A stretch of 64,000 nt of DNA from NCBI RefSeq assembly GCF_009914755.1, contig NC_060936.1; one strand, 5' to 3'. The notes beneath the pieces were generated by a model. The model had not been told where the DNA came from, ran no database searches, and was given only the letters and a program-made list of their open reading frames with translations. Below, one piece after another: positions 10,797 through 23,842 of the stretch. Position 1 is the stretch's first letter, and the number at the start of each line of letters is the position of its first letter. The position numbers were made by a program, and so were the translations under genes. The DNA comes from the human T2T-CHM13v2.0 reference genome, Homo sapiens.

Positions 10797-11453
10797 CTAC
10801 AACAAGATTAGAAAAGGAGAAAACGTATACAATCCCAGAAGATTTACACTAATAGAACTCTTCCTGAATGCATGCAAAACATATCCCCTTGCTCTCTGTA
10901 TTTCATTCTAAGGAACCAACAGGTAATATAGCTTTGTCATTCTCCTTCCACTAGGTAACTTACTTAAATTTGCTTAAACTTGCACTTTAATTTGCTAGTA
11001 AATATTTACTTAAATTTGCTACAGAGAGAGGGAAAAAAATCTGAATACCTCAAAAAGCTAAACCTGCAATCTGACTCTACTGCTGGCAGCTGGCAATTCT
11101 TATCTTTCTAGGAGATATTTTAAATGGAATATAAAGCAAATTCATTCTTCGATTTATTTAAAACAATTATTTCATTTGCCAATGTGTTTCCAAATAAAAT
11201 TAAGCAGTATGTAACACTGTGCTTCCTCTTATGAATAAAATTCAACCCAAATGACTAATGGCCAGCAGAAATAAAATGGCTAACAAAAAGAATGCACTTA
11301 GGATAAAGATGAAAATTTCACTTTAAAAAAGATGGTGAAAAAACATGTTTTTTCATACTATGATACCTTTCTATTCAACCCCTCCTGACTACTGAACTGG
11401 GAAACATTTTAGGTTTCCTGACTATACAACTCTGACTCCCTGATTATCTAGGA

Positions 11454-11666
11454 CAGGAGTCCACAAACTACAGACTGCAGTCCGAATCTGTCCTACCATC
11501 TGTTTTGTAAGTAAGTTTTATTTGAACACAGTCACACTGTATTCACTTGCATACTGTTTATGTTTGCTTTTGTGCTACAATGGCAGTTATGAAGTAGCAT
11601 CAGCAAAAACTAAATCATTTACCTGTACCATTTGGTCATTCACAGAAAAAGTTTGCCAACCCTTGA
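11454..11666. mobile_element. MER58A-like hAT-Charlie MITE
   Basis: caggagtccacaaactacag...aaagtttgccaacccttg termini; a second fragment at ~11990-12090. Confidence 0.7.
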
Positions 11667-11686
11667 CTTAGAAGAATCTCTAGATG

Positions 11687-11885
11687 AGTGGTCTTCAACC
11701 GAAGTACTAAAGGCATTTAGGATGAAACAAGTCTTCATTGTATAGGGTTGTCCCTTGCTGTGCGGGATAGTCAGCGTTTTTAGTCCCCAACAGGACCTAG
11801 CACCCTAATCATTATGACTGAAAAATCTTGTTCCAAACACTCTGTGATGACAGTCATGACCACCATCATGTTGAAAATCTCTGCC
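11687..11885. mobile_element. MER20-like DNA transposon remnant
   Basis: agtggtcttcaacc...gttgaaaatctctg termini with MER20-like interior. Confidence 0.5.
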
Positions 11886-12391
11886 TCTGACACAATGATG
11901 ACACACACAGGCCAAATCAAGCCAACAGAAGTGTTTTGCAGGATCACACATAGATTTTCTAAAATGCATGACTCTAAATTTCTTTAGAATAGGGATCAGC
12001 AAACTCCTTTTTTTGTAAATAAAGACAAGAGATTGTATGGGCAGACCCTAAAGTATTGGCCTTTCCCAGAAAAAGTTTGCCAACCTTGGCTTTACAAGCA
12101 GCAGTATACTCTATTTAATTACACTCAGTTAGTTTATTCATATAAACTCCCTGGCCTCTAGACATTTGAGTTTAACACTTCTGCACAAATCAATTTTTCC
12201 TGCTTTATATACTATGTGGCCATTAATAAGTATAATTGGATTATCTGGTAGAGGGTTTTAAGTATTCCTCAGAAAATAAAATGCCACACAATGCTTGAAT
12301 ATTCATTTTATGCTTTATATATGCAGTGTCTAAATATCTGGAATAAGTTTAATTTTATATTACTTAATTTGTTTCATATTAAGATGGCATA

Positions 12392-12696
12392 GGCAGGGCA
12401 CAGTGGCTCACACCTGTAAATCCCAGCATTTTGGGAGGTCAAGGCAGGTAGATCACTTGAGCCCAGGAGTTTGAGACCAGGCTAGGCAACATGACAAAAC
12501 CCCATCTCTACTAAAAATACAAAAGTTAGCTGGGCGTGGTGGCCTGCCCCTGTAGTCCCAGCTACTCAGGCGGCTGAGGTGGGAGGATCACCTGAGCCTA
12601 GAAGGTCAAGGCTGCAGTGAGCCAAGACTGTGCCACTGAACTCCAGCCTGGGCAACAGAGCAAGACCCTGTCACAAAAAATAAAAATAAAAATAAA
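12392..12696 (+). mobile_element. Alu (AluJ-like)
   Basis: Full dimer, A-rich tail, TSD taagatggcata/taagacggtata. Confidence 0.93.
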
Positions 12697-12886
12697 TAAG
12701 ACGGTATAAATAAAATATTAGGAATATTTAAATATTTTTAAGTTTTAAATTTTGACAGTCATCACCAATAAAAATCATCACAGAGAAAATGTTGAACAAC
12801 CCTACTAAAATGTTTCAAATCAAATGAAAAAGCATAGATAAAAGATAAAAATCTTAGCAAGAACAATTTCATTGATTCATACTTAC

Positions 12887-13085
12887 TCCTTCATTTCTTT
12901 GGATGGGGAATTACATGCAGGAAGGAATGCTGCTGGGCTACTTAATTTATCCAGAGTACACGCCGTTCCTATGGCTCGCACCACTAACCCAGACTCGCCC
13001 TCCAGATCGAAACACTGTAAGTACCCCACAACTGCATTTCCTCTCATTTCAAGTACTTTCAAGCCAATCTTCCTCTGCAGCTCAC
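12887..13085 (-). CDS. C2CD5: C2CD5 exon 7 (199 nt)
   Basis: ttgtag|GTGAGC...AAGGA|gtaagt; ELQRKIGLKVLEMRGNAVVGYLQCFDLEGESGLVVRAIGTACTLDKLSSPAAFLPACNSPSKEMK; ends in phase 2. Confidence 0.96.
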
Positions 13086-13932
13086 CTACAAAACATGGGA
13101 AATCTCATTCTTGCTTTGTAGCTTTACATTACATACTATAAGACTGGACATGGTAGTGGTAAAAAAAAAAAAAAAGACCAAGAAAATCACAGATTTTCAG
13201 AACTTGAAGGAAACTTAAAAGATAATCTGGTTTAGCCTCTACAGAATACAGAACATAATTCTATTACAATATAGCATAATTATAAAATATAATATATACT
13301 TATACAGCACAAATATATAGAATAAAAACAAATATATTTGCTATATAAATATAACATTGATACTTTGTGTGAAATACATGTATGAATATATATTCACACA
13401 TATACACATATAACTCTTAATATAAATGTAAATTTTAAATAAAACAGTAAACAAGTTTTTCAAAGAAAAATTTAAAAAGGGAATGAGGTCAGAGTGGCAG
13501 GGAAAGTGGTCAAAAGGATAGAGGGAACTACAGTACCTAGGGAGGAACTGTGAAAAGGCAACATCTGAACAGAAAGTATGAGAGACAGAAGAAGGTGATT
13601 TGCTTAAGCTCTGACAAATAAATGGTAGATGAAGGAAAACTAGAATCCAGGTTCCCACTCAGGGTTCCTTCCTGAACGCCCCTTGCTCAGCGCTCTTTCC
13701 ACTACACTACCTCATCAACACAATTTCCTTTTACTACAAGCTTCTGATTTGCATTTCCACTTGTTAAAAGAGGGCAATGCAAGTGTGTTCAGGAAGACTG
13801 GCCCAGGGGAAGGCATGCAGTCACTTATAATTCATAGCCTTCATTGTAAAGTTGAGGTAGCATGTCAAAGGAAAGCAAAAAATTTAAGAGAGTACTAAAT
13901 CAGTCAGTAATAAAGTTATTTTTTTTAAATAC

Positions 13933-14088
13933 CTGACATTAACGAAATGAGTCTCTGTCTGGCCTCATTTGATGCCCTTGGTGTGCGAATTCGATCAATC
14001 CACTGATATTCTGGGTCTTCATTGACCACAAGTTCTTCTACAAATCCATGAATTATCACAGCTCTATAGCATTTTGGAATAGACGTTG
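13933..14088 (-). CDS. C2CD5: C2CD5 exon 6 (156 nt), contains Akt motif RQRLIS (Ser197)
   Basis: taacag|CAACG...TCAG|gtattt; TSIPKCYRAVIIHGFVEELVVNEDPEYQWIDRIRTPRASNEARQRLISLMS(G). Cumulative codon count puts the RxRxxS serine at 197, the known CDP138 Akt site. Confidence 0.96.
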
Positions 14089-15070
14089 CTGTTAAAACAA
14101 ATTATTATGCTTCTGTTTATCAAAAGGTAAAACTCAATTTTTAAAAAATGTACATCTCAATTTTCTGACCTTTAGATACATAATACAAGAACATCTTTTA
14201 CTGTAATATTTTCAATGTAATTATAATAATACTTCCAGTCTTCTAAGATCTATTTCATTTTTAGAAATAATTATTGTCTTTCATGGAGGCTCTCACCTTT
14301 CTCATGTAAGCAAAGTAAATATAAACTGCATTTGTATAATTTGGAAAACAGCTATAGAAGACCTTAAACAGAATTCAATACAAAGTTTAAAAAATCAAAA
14401 TTTAAGTCAGCTAGCTAATTATTATATAAATAGGTAGAAAGCAGATAATGAATTTTTTTAAATCTTTAATTATTCAAAGCCCTTTGTAAAAGTACTTCTG
14501 TACACCACATAGCAGTTTCAAAAATCAAACCATTACCTTTCTGACATAACCTGAGGAGTCAAGTTCAGATTCAAAAAGGAGAGAGAGAACCTGAATACAT
14601 CTGTACCAAATTAGTCTCTTAAAATAAACATTGGTGCACTGAAGCTAAGTCAACTACTTAGGGATTTCAATCCTACTACTGCAGGCGGGCTGTGATCACC
14701 AAGATCTGCCCATTTCAGACCCATATATTTCATGGAGTTCCCTAGACCCAATACCCATAAAAGCCTGTGTATTTTGGGACAGCACCATAGTGCTTAGCCG
14801 TAGTGTTCTGCTCCTTTCTTTTAGTGTCCTATACTACAGTGAAATGTCACTGGATTTTTCTAATAAAAATTTCTATAAATTTTCAAAAACTAGATATCAT
14901 TTATACTCAAATCAGAACTACTGTAACTATTCTAGAAAATTAACAATTTTCTCTTTGGCATTAAAACCAAGTACAATAGCTTTTCTACTTGCCTTCTGAA
15001 ATGTTAACTTGATTTCTCATATTTAACAGTTATTACATTTCCTGTTGAGTAATAGAATGTATTTACTTAC

Positions 15071-15166
15071 TGCAAAAGAATTTGACTCCACATGATGACT
15101 GCCTAAATCGATTTAAATCATTGAAGAGGTCTACTTTGACAACTACATTGATTTCCCCACGGATAC
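15071..15166 (-). CDS. C2CD5: C2CD5 exon 5 (96 nt)
   Basis: atag|GTATCC...TGCA|gtaagt; (G)IRGEINVVVKVDLFNDLNRFRQSSCGVKFFC(T); phase 1 to 1. Confidence 0.96.
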
Positions 15167-15261
15167 CTATAAATTTAAAAAGAAAATCAAGTTTCTACCT
15201 TAAGAAAGTAATGTACAATTAAATAATGAAGCAAATTAATGCTAAATAATGATTTTAAAAT

Positions 15262-15553
15262 ACAATGATTTAACTCACAATTTTTTGAACTTTACCATGG
15301 TGCAAAACCATTCTGATTTTCACTTTCAGTCCAGAATTCAATGAATTACATGAGATGTTCAATACTTTATTTAAAAAATAGTCTTTGTTTTAGTTGATTC
15401 TGTCCAACTGTAGGCTAATATAAGTGTTCGGTGCACATTTGAGATAGGCTAGGCTAAGCTATAATGTTTGGTTGATTAGATATATTAAATGCATTTTCAA
15501 CTTGGGATGAGTTTATCTGGATATAACGCCATCACAAATCAAGGTGCATCTGT
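15262..15553 (-). mobile_element. TcMar-Tigger MITE (MER47-like)
   Basis: Ends ...aaggtgcatctgta; interior taggctaggctaagctat resembles MER47. Confidence 0.6.
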
Positions 15554-15749
15554 AATGTGTTGATCATAATAGTAATGCCAGCTTTGTTTCCTAGTTATTT
15601 TCTTTTTCAGTAGTTTCTGTATATTTTCTGAAGCACAACACGTATGCATTAGAATATGAATAATTTTCATTTTCACAAGTCTCCACTTTGACCCAAGACT
15701 AATTAGAAAGGAGTCCCATTTGAATTGATGATGATGATAATGATTATGG

Positions 15750-15970
15750 TGACAACATTTGCTGAGCACTGATACACGATGTACTAAACACTTTACAGGT
15801 AGTATCTCAGAGCAGTCACATCAACCCAATAAGGTAGTATCATCCCCATTTTACAAAGGAAGAAATTTTTAATAAAAATTAAGTAATTTACAGTGTCAAT
15901 AGCTGTTAAGTGGCAGATCCAGGATTAAAATTCAGATCTTTATGATCCCAGATTATATATTCTTAACAAT
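15750..15970 (-). mobile_element. MIR
   Basis: MIR core catccccattttacaaaggaagaaa...aagtggcag. Confidence 0.7.
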
Positions 15971-16050
15971 GCAAGAATCTGATTTAAAACAAAAGAAGTT
16001 TTATTCTTTTCAATGAATATAAGTTAAAGCAAGCTAACTAAAAAATTCCA

Positions 16051-16530
16051 AGCCAGGAGTAGTGGCTCATGCCTGTAATCTCAGTGCTTTGGGAGGCAAG
16101 GCAGGAGGACAGCTTGAGCTCAGGGGTTTGAGACCAGCCTGGGCAACACAGCGAGAAAAAAATTAAGTAAATAAAAAATTCCAAGAATAAGGGTTTTCAA
16201 AACATGCTCTGATAAATAAGAATGACCCAGATCTTATCTCTAAACATTTACTAAATATTTTCACTTGACTGTCCTGACTTCATGTCAAATTCATACTTAT
16301 GGTGGAAGACTTAAGAAAACTGACTCAATAATTTACCTACTAAAATATTAAGAAAGCAAATCCCAGCACTCTGGGAAGCTGAGGCAGGCAGATCACTTGA
16401 GCTCTAGAGTTAAGGCCAGCCTAGCCAATATGGCAAAACCGTGTCTCTACAAAAAATTTAAAAATCAGCCAGGTGTCATGGCATGTGCCTGCAATGGCAT
16501 GTGCCTGCAATCGCAACTGCCCGGGAGGCC
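16051..16530 (+). mobile_element. two Alu fragments (FLAM-like 16051-16160; truncated Alu 16359-16530)
   Basis: Alu left-arm sequence in both. Confidence 0.8.
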
Positions 16531-16796
16531 CTGCTTCAGGCAACAAAAAACTTTTAAGTAACTTTTAAGTACAAAAATCATTATTAATCAGTTTGAAAAT
16601 GTGTTTTAGAAACACAGTATCAATACTAGATCAGTTTTAAATCATGCATTTACTTACTATACTATACAAATTTAGCAAGCATTATCTCAAATTATGTTGA
16701 GAGAAGCAACAATTTTACTAACAATAATTTACTATTATTTATTTTTAAAAAGGCATCATCTTAAGATATATTATATACATATATATATATATATAT

Positions 16797-17078
16797 TTTT
16801 TTTTTTTTTGAGCTAGAGTTTCACTCTTGTTGCACAGGACACGATCTCAGCTCACCACAACCTCCGCCTCCCGGGTTCAAGTGATTCTCCTGCCTCACCC
16901 TCCCAAGTAGCTGGGATTACAGGCATGCACCACCATGCCCAGCTAATTTTGTATTTTTAGTAGAGACGGGGTTTCTCCATGTTGATCAGGCTGGTCTCGA
17001 ACTCCCGACCTCAGGTGATCCACCCGCCTCAGCCTCCCAAAGTGCTGGGATTACAGGCATGAGCCACCGCACCTAGCC
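16797..17078 (-). mobile_element. AluS preceded by (TA)n
   Basis: Poly-T followed by reverse Alu consensus to gagccaccgcacctagcc. Confidence 0.93.
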
Positions 17079-17181
17079 TAAAGATACATATTTTAAACCA
17101 GCAAATATAGCACAAATGTCTTTAAGGACAAATAAAAAAGATTAAGATTGTTATTTATAATACTTTCTTATTATTCCTTAC

Positions 17182-17353
17182 CATGTATGGTGTCATAAAT
17201 TGGAAACCATCCTGAGATGACTGTTGCAGCTTCACTATACAGTAAAGGATCAATATCAATGTACACTTTACCAATGGCATCATTTGCACTGTAAGTATCA
17301 TGGTCAAGAACTGTGATCTGTAAAGGTTCATCTTGTAAGTCTTCATCATCCAC
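17182..17353 (-). CDS. C2CD5: C2CD5 exon 4 (172 nt), C2 domain
   Basis: cttgtag|GTG...CATG|gtaagg; VDDEDLQDEPLQITVLDHDTYSANDAIGKVYIDIDPLLYSEAATVISGWFPIYDTIH (Ca2+-ligand DxD...D motif). Confidence 0.97.
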
Positions 17354-18364
17354 CTACAAGTATACCTTAAAATTAAAACTCATATAGTTTTTAAATCTTA
17401 ATTACCACAAATGTATACCTATATCAAATGAAAAGGATGACACATCTGCAAATAAAATCTTACAGATTTCTAAGCACCAAAGTAAAGAAAAGAATTAACA
17501 CACAAAAAGATATAGCTCCTTTTCCTACACAATATCCCATCTTTCTAAAGAAAAAAAGTTTATCTCTCAGCACAAGACTGGGATGACTAACAACAAAAAA
17601 ATTTAAATCTCAATTTTTTTTACATATTATCCTGTGTTTTACAACTTTGCCTATGATACATAGCAAAAATGCCTAAGGAATGTCATATTAGAGTTCATGT
17701 AGTATCTATAGAGAGAAGAATGCTAATTGAGCACAATGACACCACAATTTCTAAGGGCGATTTCAGAGAACAGAACCATAAGCAAAATTAACATTATGTG
17801 TAAGAAAAAACAACCTAAGTTCACAAATTAAGTTCATGATATAAACATCTACCCTCTCTCCTTTTATTTAGTCATTATCGAGTTGTTATCATATGCCAAA
17901 CACTGTGCCAAACAGAGGCATTTACAATGGAGAACAGTGCAAAATGATTTCCTCATGGAAGACGTACTCACTATTTTGGCTGCCACCTTCTGGATATCAT
18001 GCCATTATCTAATTTACCAGTCCCCTTCATCAAATATAGTGGCCAGAAGGGAACATATTATAGACACTATTAAGATTGGGACAGAATACCAAAGGATTAT
18101 TATTTTCTATAATTAGAAAATTATACTTTTAAAATGCAGTCCATGGATGTTCTTCTTTACATCAGACATACCATACTATTAAGACTGAGTCTGTGGTTGG
18201 CTAAAATCTCTGTATCATTCTTACATATGCTTTGGTCAAGTGATAGCTCTGCAACCCTTATACTCTGGTTGGTTTTTTAAACTTGGATATGAAACATTTA
18301 TGCCTTTCCCTATCCCCTATTTAATTTATTGTTGATGTTAAGCTAATAATCCAGCCTCTGAAGA

Positions 18365-18680
18365 TTATTTTAAAAATTAAAGAATATTAAGGAATTATTG
18401 ATATCATTAGTGTGATAATGTGATCTAAGGTTTTGTTTATTTATAAGGGGTCCTCCTTTATAAGAGGTATATAATTTGGAATTCACAGATGAAATCATAT
18501 AACATCTCAAATTTGCCTTAAAATATCCCCACAAGGAAAACCGGGGTGGGCAGGAGTTAAAAAGGCAAAACAAGAACAGTAGAACGTAGACAGCTGTTAA
18601 AGGTGGGTGAGGTTCAATATACTAATCTATCTTTGTGCATGCTTGAAATTTTCCATAATGAAATGTTAAAATAAAATGAT
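18365..18680 (+). mobile_element. old L1M 3' end fragment
   Basis: ...gttcaatatactaatctatctttgtgcatgcttgaaattttccataat, typical L1MC/ME 3' end. Confidence 0.55.
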
Positions 18681-19536
18681 CATTTTGAATCCCAATCCAT
18701 TCCAAATCATCTGTCATCCAATGGCATTCTCTCCACTACTATTGTTATGTATACATTTAACAGAAGAGAAAGAATCATAAACCAAACCATTAACCATTAC
18801 TCTAAGACATTCCCCCCAATTTCTAACTCCATTAAAAATACTCTCTGTATATACTTATTTAACCACCTGTACATTCACCTCTGAGTATTATTTTTTCTCA
18901 TGGTACACTAAGGTATCCCTTCCCTGACATTAGGGGGTGCTATACTAACAACTAAGTGACTAAAAATAGCTTGTGATACATACATAGATAGCTAACAAGA
19001 TGAATAACAGGGAAAATCAAGAATTAATCATAATGAATTAAGAATATTTAGTACAGTAAATGAAGCCTATCTGGAATCGCAAAATATTATAAATTAAGAC
19101 TTTCTGAGAAATGTTTTAAATGTTTAAATTAGCAATATGCACTGCCAAAAGACTGCATTTCTTAGCCTCCCTTGCAACTAAATGTGATACAAGCATAAAT
19201 CATTACAGAGAGCTTGGTAGGGAGGGGGCAAACTTGTTAAAGAAGGCTTGCTCATCTGAAACTGTTATGTTAACTCATCAGCTCCTCCTCCTGGACTCCC
19301 CTTCACTCTAGCTCCTTCTGCCAGCCTGGAACACTCATGTGCTCACTGGAACTCCAGGTGCTAAACTGGAGCCAAAAGGACCTTGAATCACTTTAAGAGA
19401 AACCACAGGCTATGTATAGATGATGGAGTCCCAAATGACTGCGTGGAGCAACCACACTACCCTTACACTGCCTGGCACGACATTTCTTTCACATAAGAGA
19501 AAAACATCTATTTTGCTTAAGACATGTATTTGAGTG

Positions 19537-19538
<2 letters not shown>

Positions 19539-19603
<65 letters not shown>

Positions 19604-19790
19604 GTATATATATTATACACAACTGTATACATAACAACTATATATACAACTGTGTATATATATACAGTATATATATAACTGTATATATACAACTATGTGT
19701 ATATGTATACATACAACTGTGTATATATATATACACAACTGTGTGTGTATATATATTTAAAACTGAATATATATATATAACTGAATGCAA
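19539..19790. repeat. compound (TA)n(CA)n microsatellite followed by degenerate TA-rich repeats
   Basis: Seen directly: about 16 TA, then 15 CA units, then repeated acaactgtgtatatatat-like units. Confidence 0.95.
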
Positions 19791-19814
19791 TTAACAACTG
19801 ATAAACAGGGTTAA

Positions 19815-20224
<410 letters not shown>

Positions 20225-21516
20225 TAAGAAATTTTAAGGGAACTGCCTGGTAAATCCCTTATTTCAGAAAATAAATATATTATTTTTCATATTGTTAAGT
20301 AAGCTGCTTGAGTACTCACTAGCTTTAAAAAATACCAGTTTATTACCATCATCATTAAAATGAAATATCATTTTTTAATATTTCCTAGTATCATGAAAAT
20401 TACTCTGACACATGAAGCTTGCCTCCTCCCACCATTCCAATAACAATGTAATGAAAACTATTCGTTTTTAACCATTTCTAGGTTATAGTTGGGGGGGAAA
20501 GGCTATCAAAATAAACTATATAAACATCCCAGTGTTTTGCCTGGGTAATGAAGATAGACTCTAATTCTAAATCCATCTGAAATCATGTAAGGAAGTTACT
20601 CTGATTATTTTTTGACACATATATTCCACACCTTTACCTTAATAATGTAGTTTAAAATGCCACAATAGACTCAATACATGTGCAACGGGTCTTTCAAAAT
20701 AGATAGTGGCATTTTAGAAGCAGCTAAAAGAAAAATTTGTACATATACACAAAAGAAAATGAGAAGAGAATCAAAATATTTCACCATGAAAATATCAACT
20801 AAAAATATGAATTTGTAGGACTCTCACTTCCTGATTGCAAAACTCACTACAAAGCTATAGTAATCAAAACAGTATGGTAATAGTATAAAGACAGACATAC
20901 AGACCAATGGAATGGAGTTGAGAGTGCGGAAATAAATCCTTACATCTATGTCCAACTGATTTTTTTTAACTTGCCTCAAAGGTAAAGTCCTAAACAATTT
21001 ACTGACTTCCAGTTCAATGTTCTAGCAGATAACATGGAAGTCCATTTTAAAAGAGGAGGAGTTTACAGAAACTAGAAATTACCTTCCTTAGAGAGATCCA
21101 TTTGCTTGAAAACCTTTGGGTAAAAGCTACTGGGAGGTTAAGAATAACTGTTTCTATAACTGAGTCCTTTTGACAGAAGACTGAGACACAGCCAAGCTAC
21201 TCTGATGAGGTCGTAATTTTGAGAAACACAGTTATATTCCACAGAGATAATAAATAAAAGCTGTCACTGTCCATAAATGCTGAGTCTACAGATGAGGTAC
21301 ACCTTTCTTATACAAACTGAGATTTAATTTTAGCAACAAAAGCTTTTCAAACTGCAGTTCTATTTTTTTAGCACACCTACACCACTCAGACTAATTAAAC
21401 TATACATTAACGAAAGAACAGAAGATATACCCCAAAATGCTAATATTTAAACCCACTTTCTGCCAAACGCTGAATGTCTATCCAAAATGCTGAGTGATTT
21501 AAAAATATTATTCCCA

Positions 21517-21805
<289 letters not shown>

Positions 21806-22669
21806 GTTTACATATATTATTCTCTTTTTTTTGACTAGTGCAACTCATATTAACATACAGCAACATGCTTCATAGCCACCTCAATACTACTCTGGAAAGA
21901 ATTCATGTTTGAAAAAAAACAGAGGCTCCAAATGGTAAGGCTGTCTGAGGTCATCTGCAAATTAGCAGGCACCAGAAATAGAATTTGTTTTCTCTTAATC
22001 CAGACCTTTAAGCTTTTCCAATAGAGGGCAGCTATGCAGTATCCCAACCACTACAGAATGTGCCTTCCAACACTAAAAGAAAGATCACGGTCCTAATATA
22101 AACCATAAGCAAAGCAGCGCCTAAAAATCGTAGTGTCATTTCTTCCATCTTCAGGTATCAGTTTGGCAGGTTCCCCAGCATGATCAAAGCATCTTTCAAG
22201 CAAATCAATACTTTCCTTCCCTTGTTCTCTTTCACTGAAGAATGACACCTTACCCTGCAAGAGCTAAACTTTACCCAGGCTCCATAATGGTTATGAAATA
22301 GGCCTCAGAAAAGGCACAGCAGCCACAATGCTGCCCAATATAAGGGCCAGCATGAAATAGCAGGGGAAGAAAAACCAAATTGGTCCTCACAAGGTTCTTA
22401 AGTAGTCCAATGAAAATTCCAAAGAAGAAAATTTCAGTTCCAGCTGAGGGGTGAAGGAAGTGGTATCAGAGAAATGGGCAATATGTGTGGTAAATATTTA
22501 CCGAGAGTCTATTACACGCTCTTCTGGGCGTTGAGGACATAGCAGTGAAGAAGAACAAAAAAAGCAGGGAAAACATTGCTGGCACAGGGAACAATAAATG
22601 ACAAAGATGTTTAACTTGGGAAGGGGGGGTGGTGGGTAGAATGGGAGAATGTAAGATGGAGGTGTGGTG

Positions 22670-22870
22670 GTCTGGTAATAGCTTTGGAGTCAGGCAGTCT
22701 TCGGTTTGAAACCTCACTCTACCACTTAGCTAGCTCTGGGTTGGACTTCTGAGTCATCTTAAAATAAAAGGTGCCTTCACGGCATTGTGAGAATTGAATG
22801 AGGTTAACACATGTAAAGCACTTCACCAGCGTCTGGGCTATAATAAGCAGTCTGTAAATGAGAACTGTAT
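22670..22870 (+). mobile_element. MIR, flanked by L2-like sequence
   Basis: gctttggagtcaggcag...ttgtgagaattgaatgaggttaacacatgtaaagcactt. Confidence 0.7.
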
Positions 22871-23345
22871 CTCCTTTTGTATGTCATCTTGTTGTTCTCA
22901 AAGCCTAGTACAGTCCCTATAATCTCCTGGAGGATTGGGGCATGCCGACAGACCAAATCAACCCATGAAAAAATAAACAGATGTAGAGAGAAAGAGGGCA
23001 GAAACTGCAGGGAGGTGGCTGGGCGCAACATAAAACAGACATCCTAACAGTAACACAACGGACTTCCTAAGAAGAGCACAAGAGGAGAACATGAGTGATA
23101 GGGACCTCTACATTCAAGGGCCTCAAGGAAGGAAGCACAAGTGGGAAGAAGGGAGGAATGAAAAGAGACCTGGGTGAGGAGATGGGAGGCTCTCCTTTTG
23201 GAGAAGTCCCCTCAGATCACCAGGCCATGAGCCATTTGAACATAACCACCTCCTGTCTCTATGTGGACTACCAATCAATGGTAAAAGAACAGTCTCTTCA
23301 ACAAATGTGCCCAAACAACTGAATTTCTACATGCATGAATTTCTA

Positions 23346-23842
<497 letters not shown>

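Noticed and set aside
19410-19794. ORFs rich in YI/TH/CV repeats
   Set aside because: Translations of the (TA)n(CA)n microsatellite.
21195-21235. CTGATGAG...GAAAC resembling a hammerhead ribozyme core
   Set aside because: No stem II can form (no C before GAAA to pair with G10.1) and I see no stems I/III.
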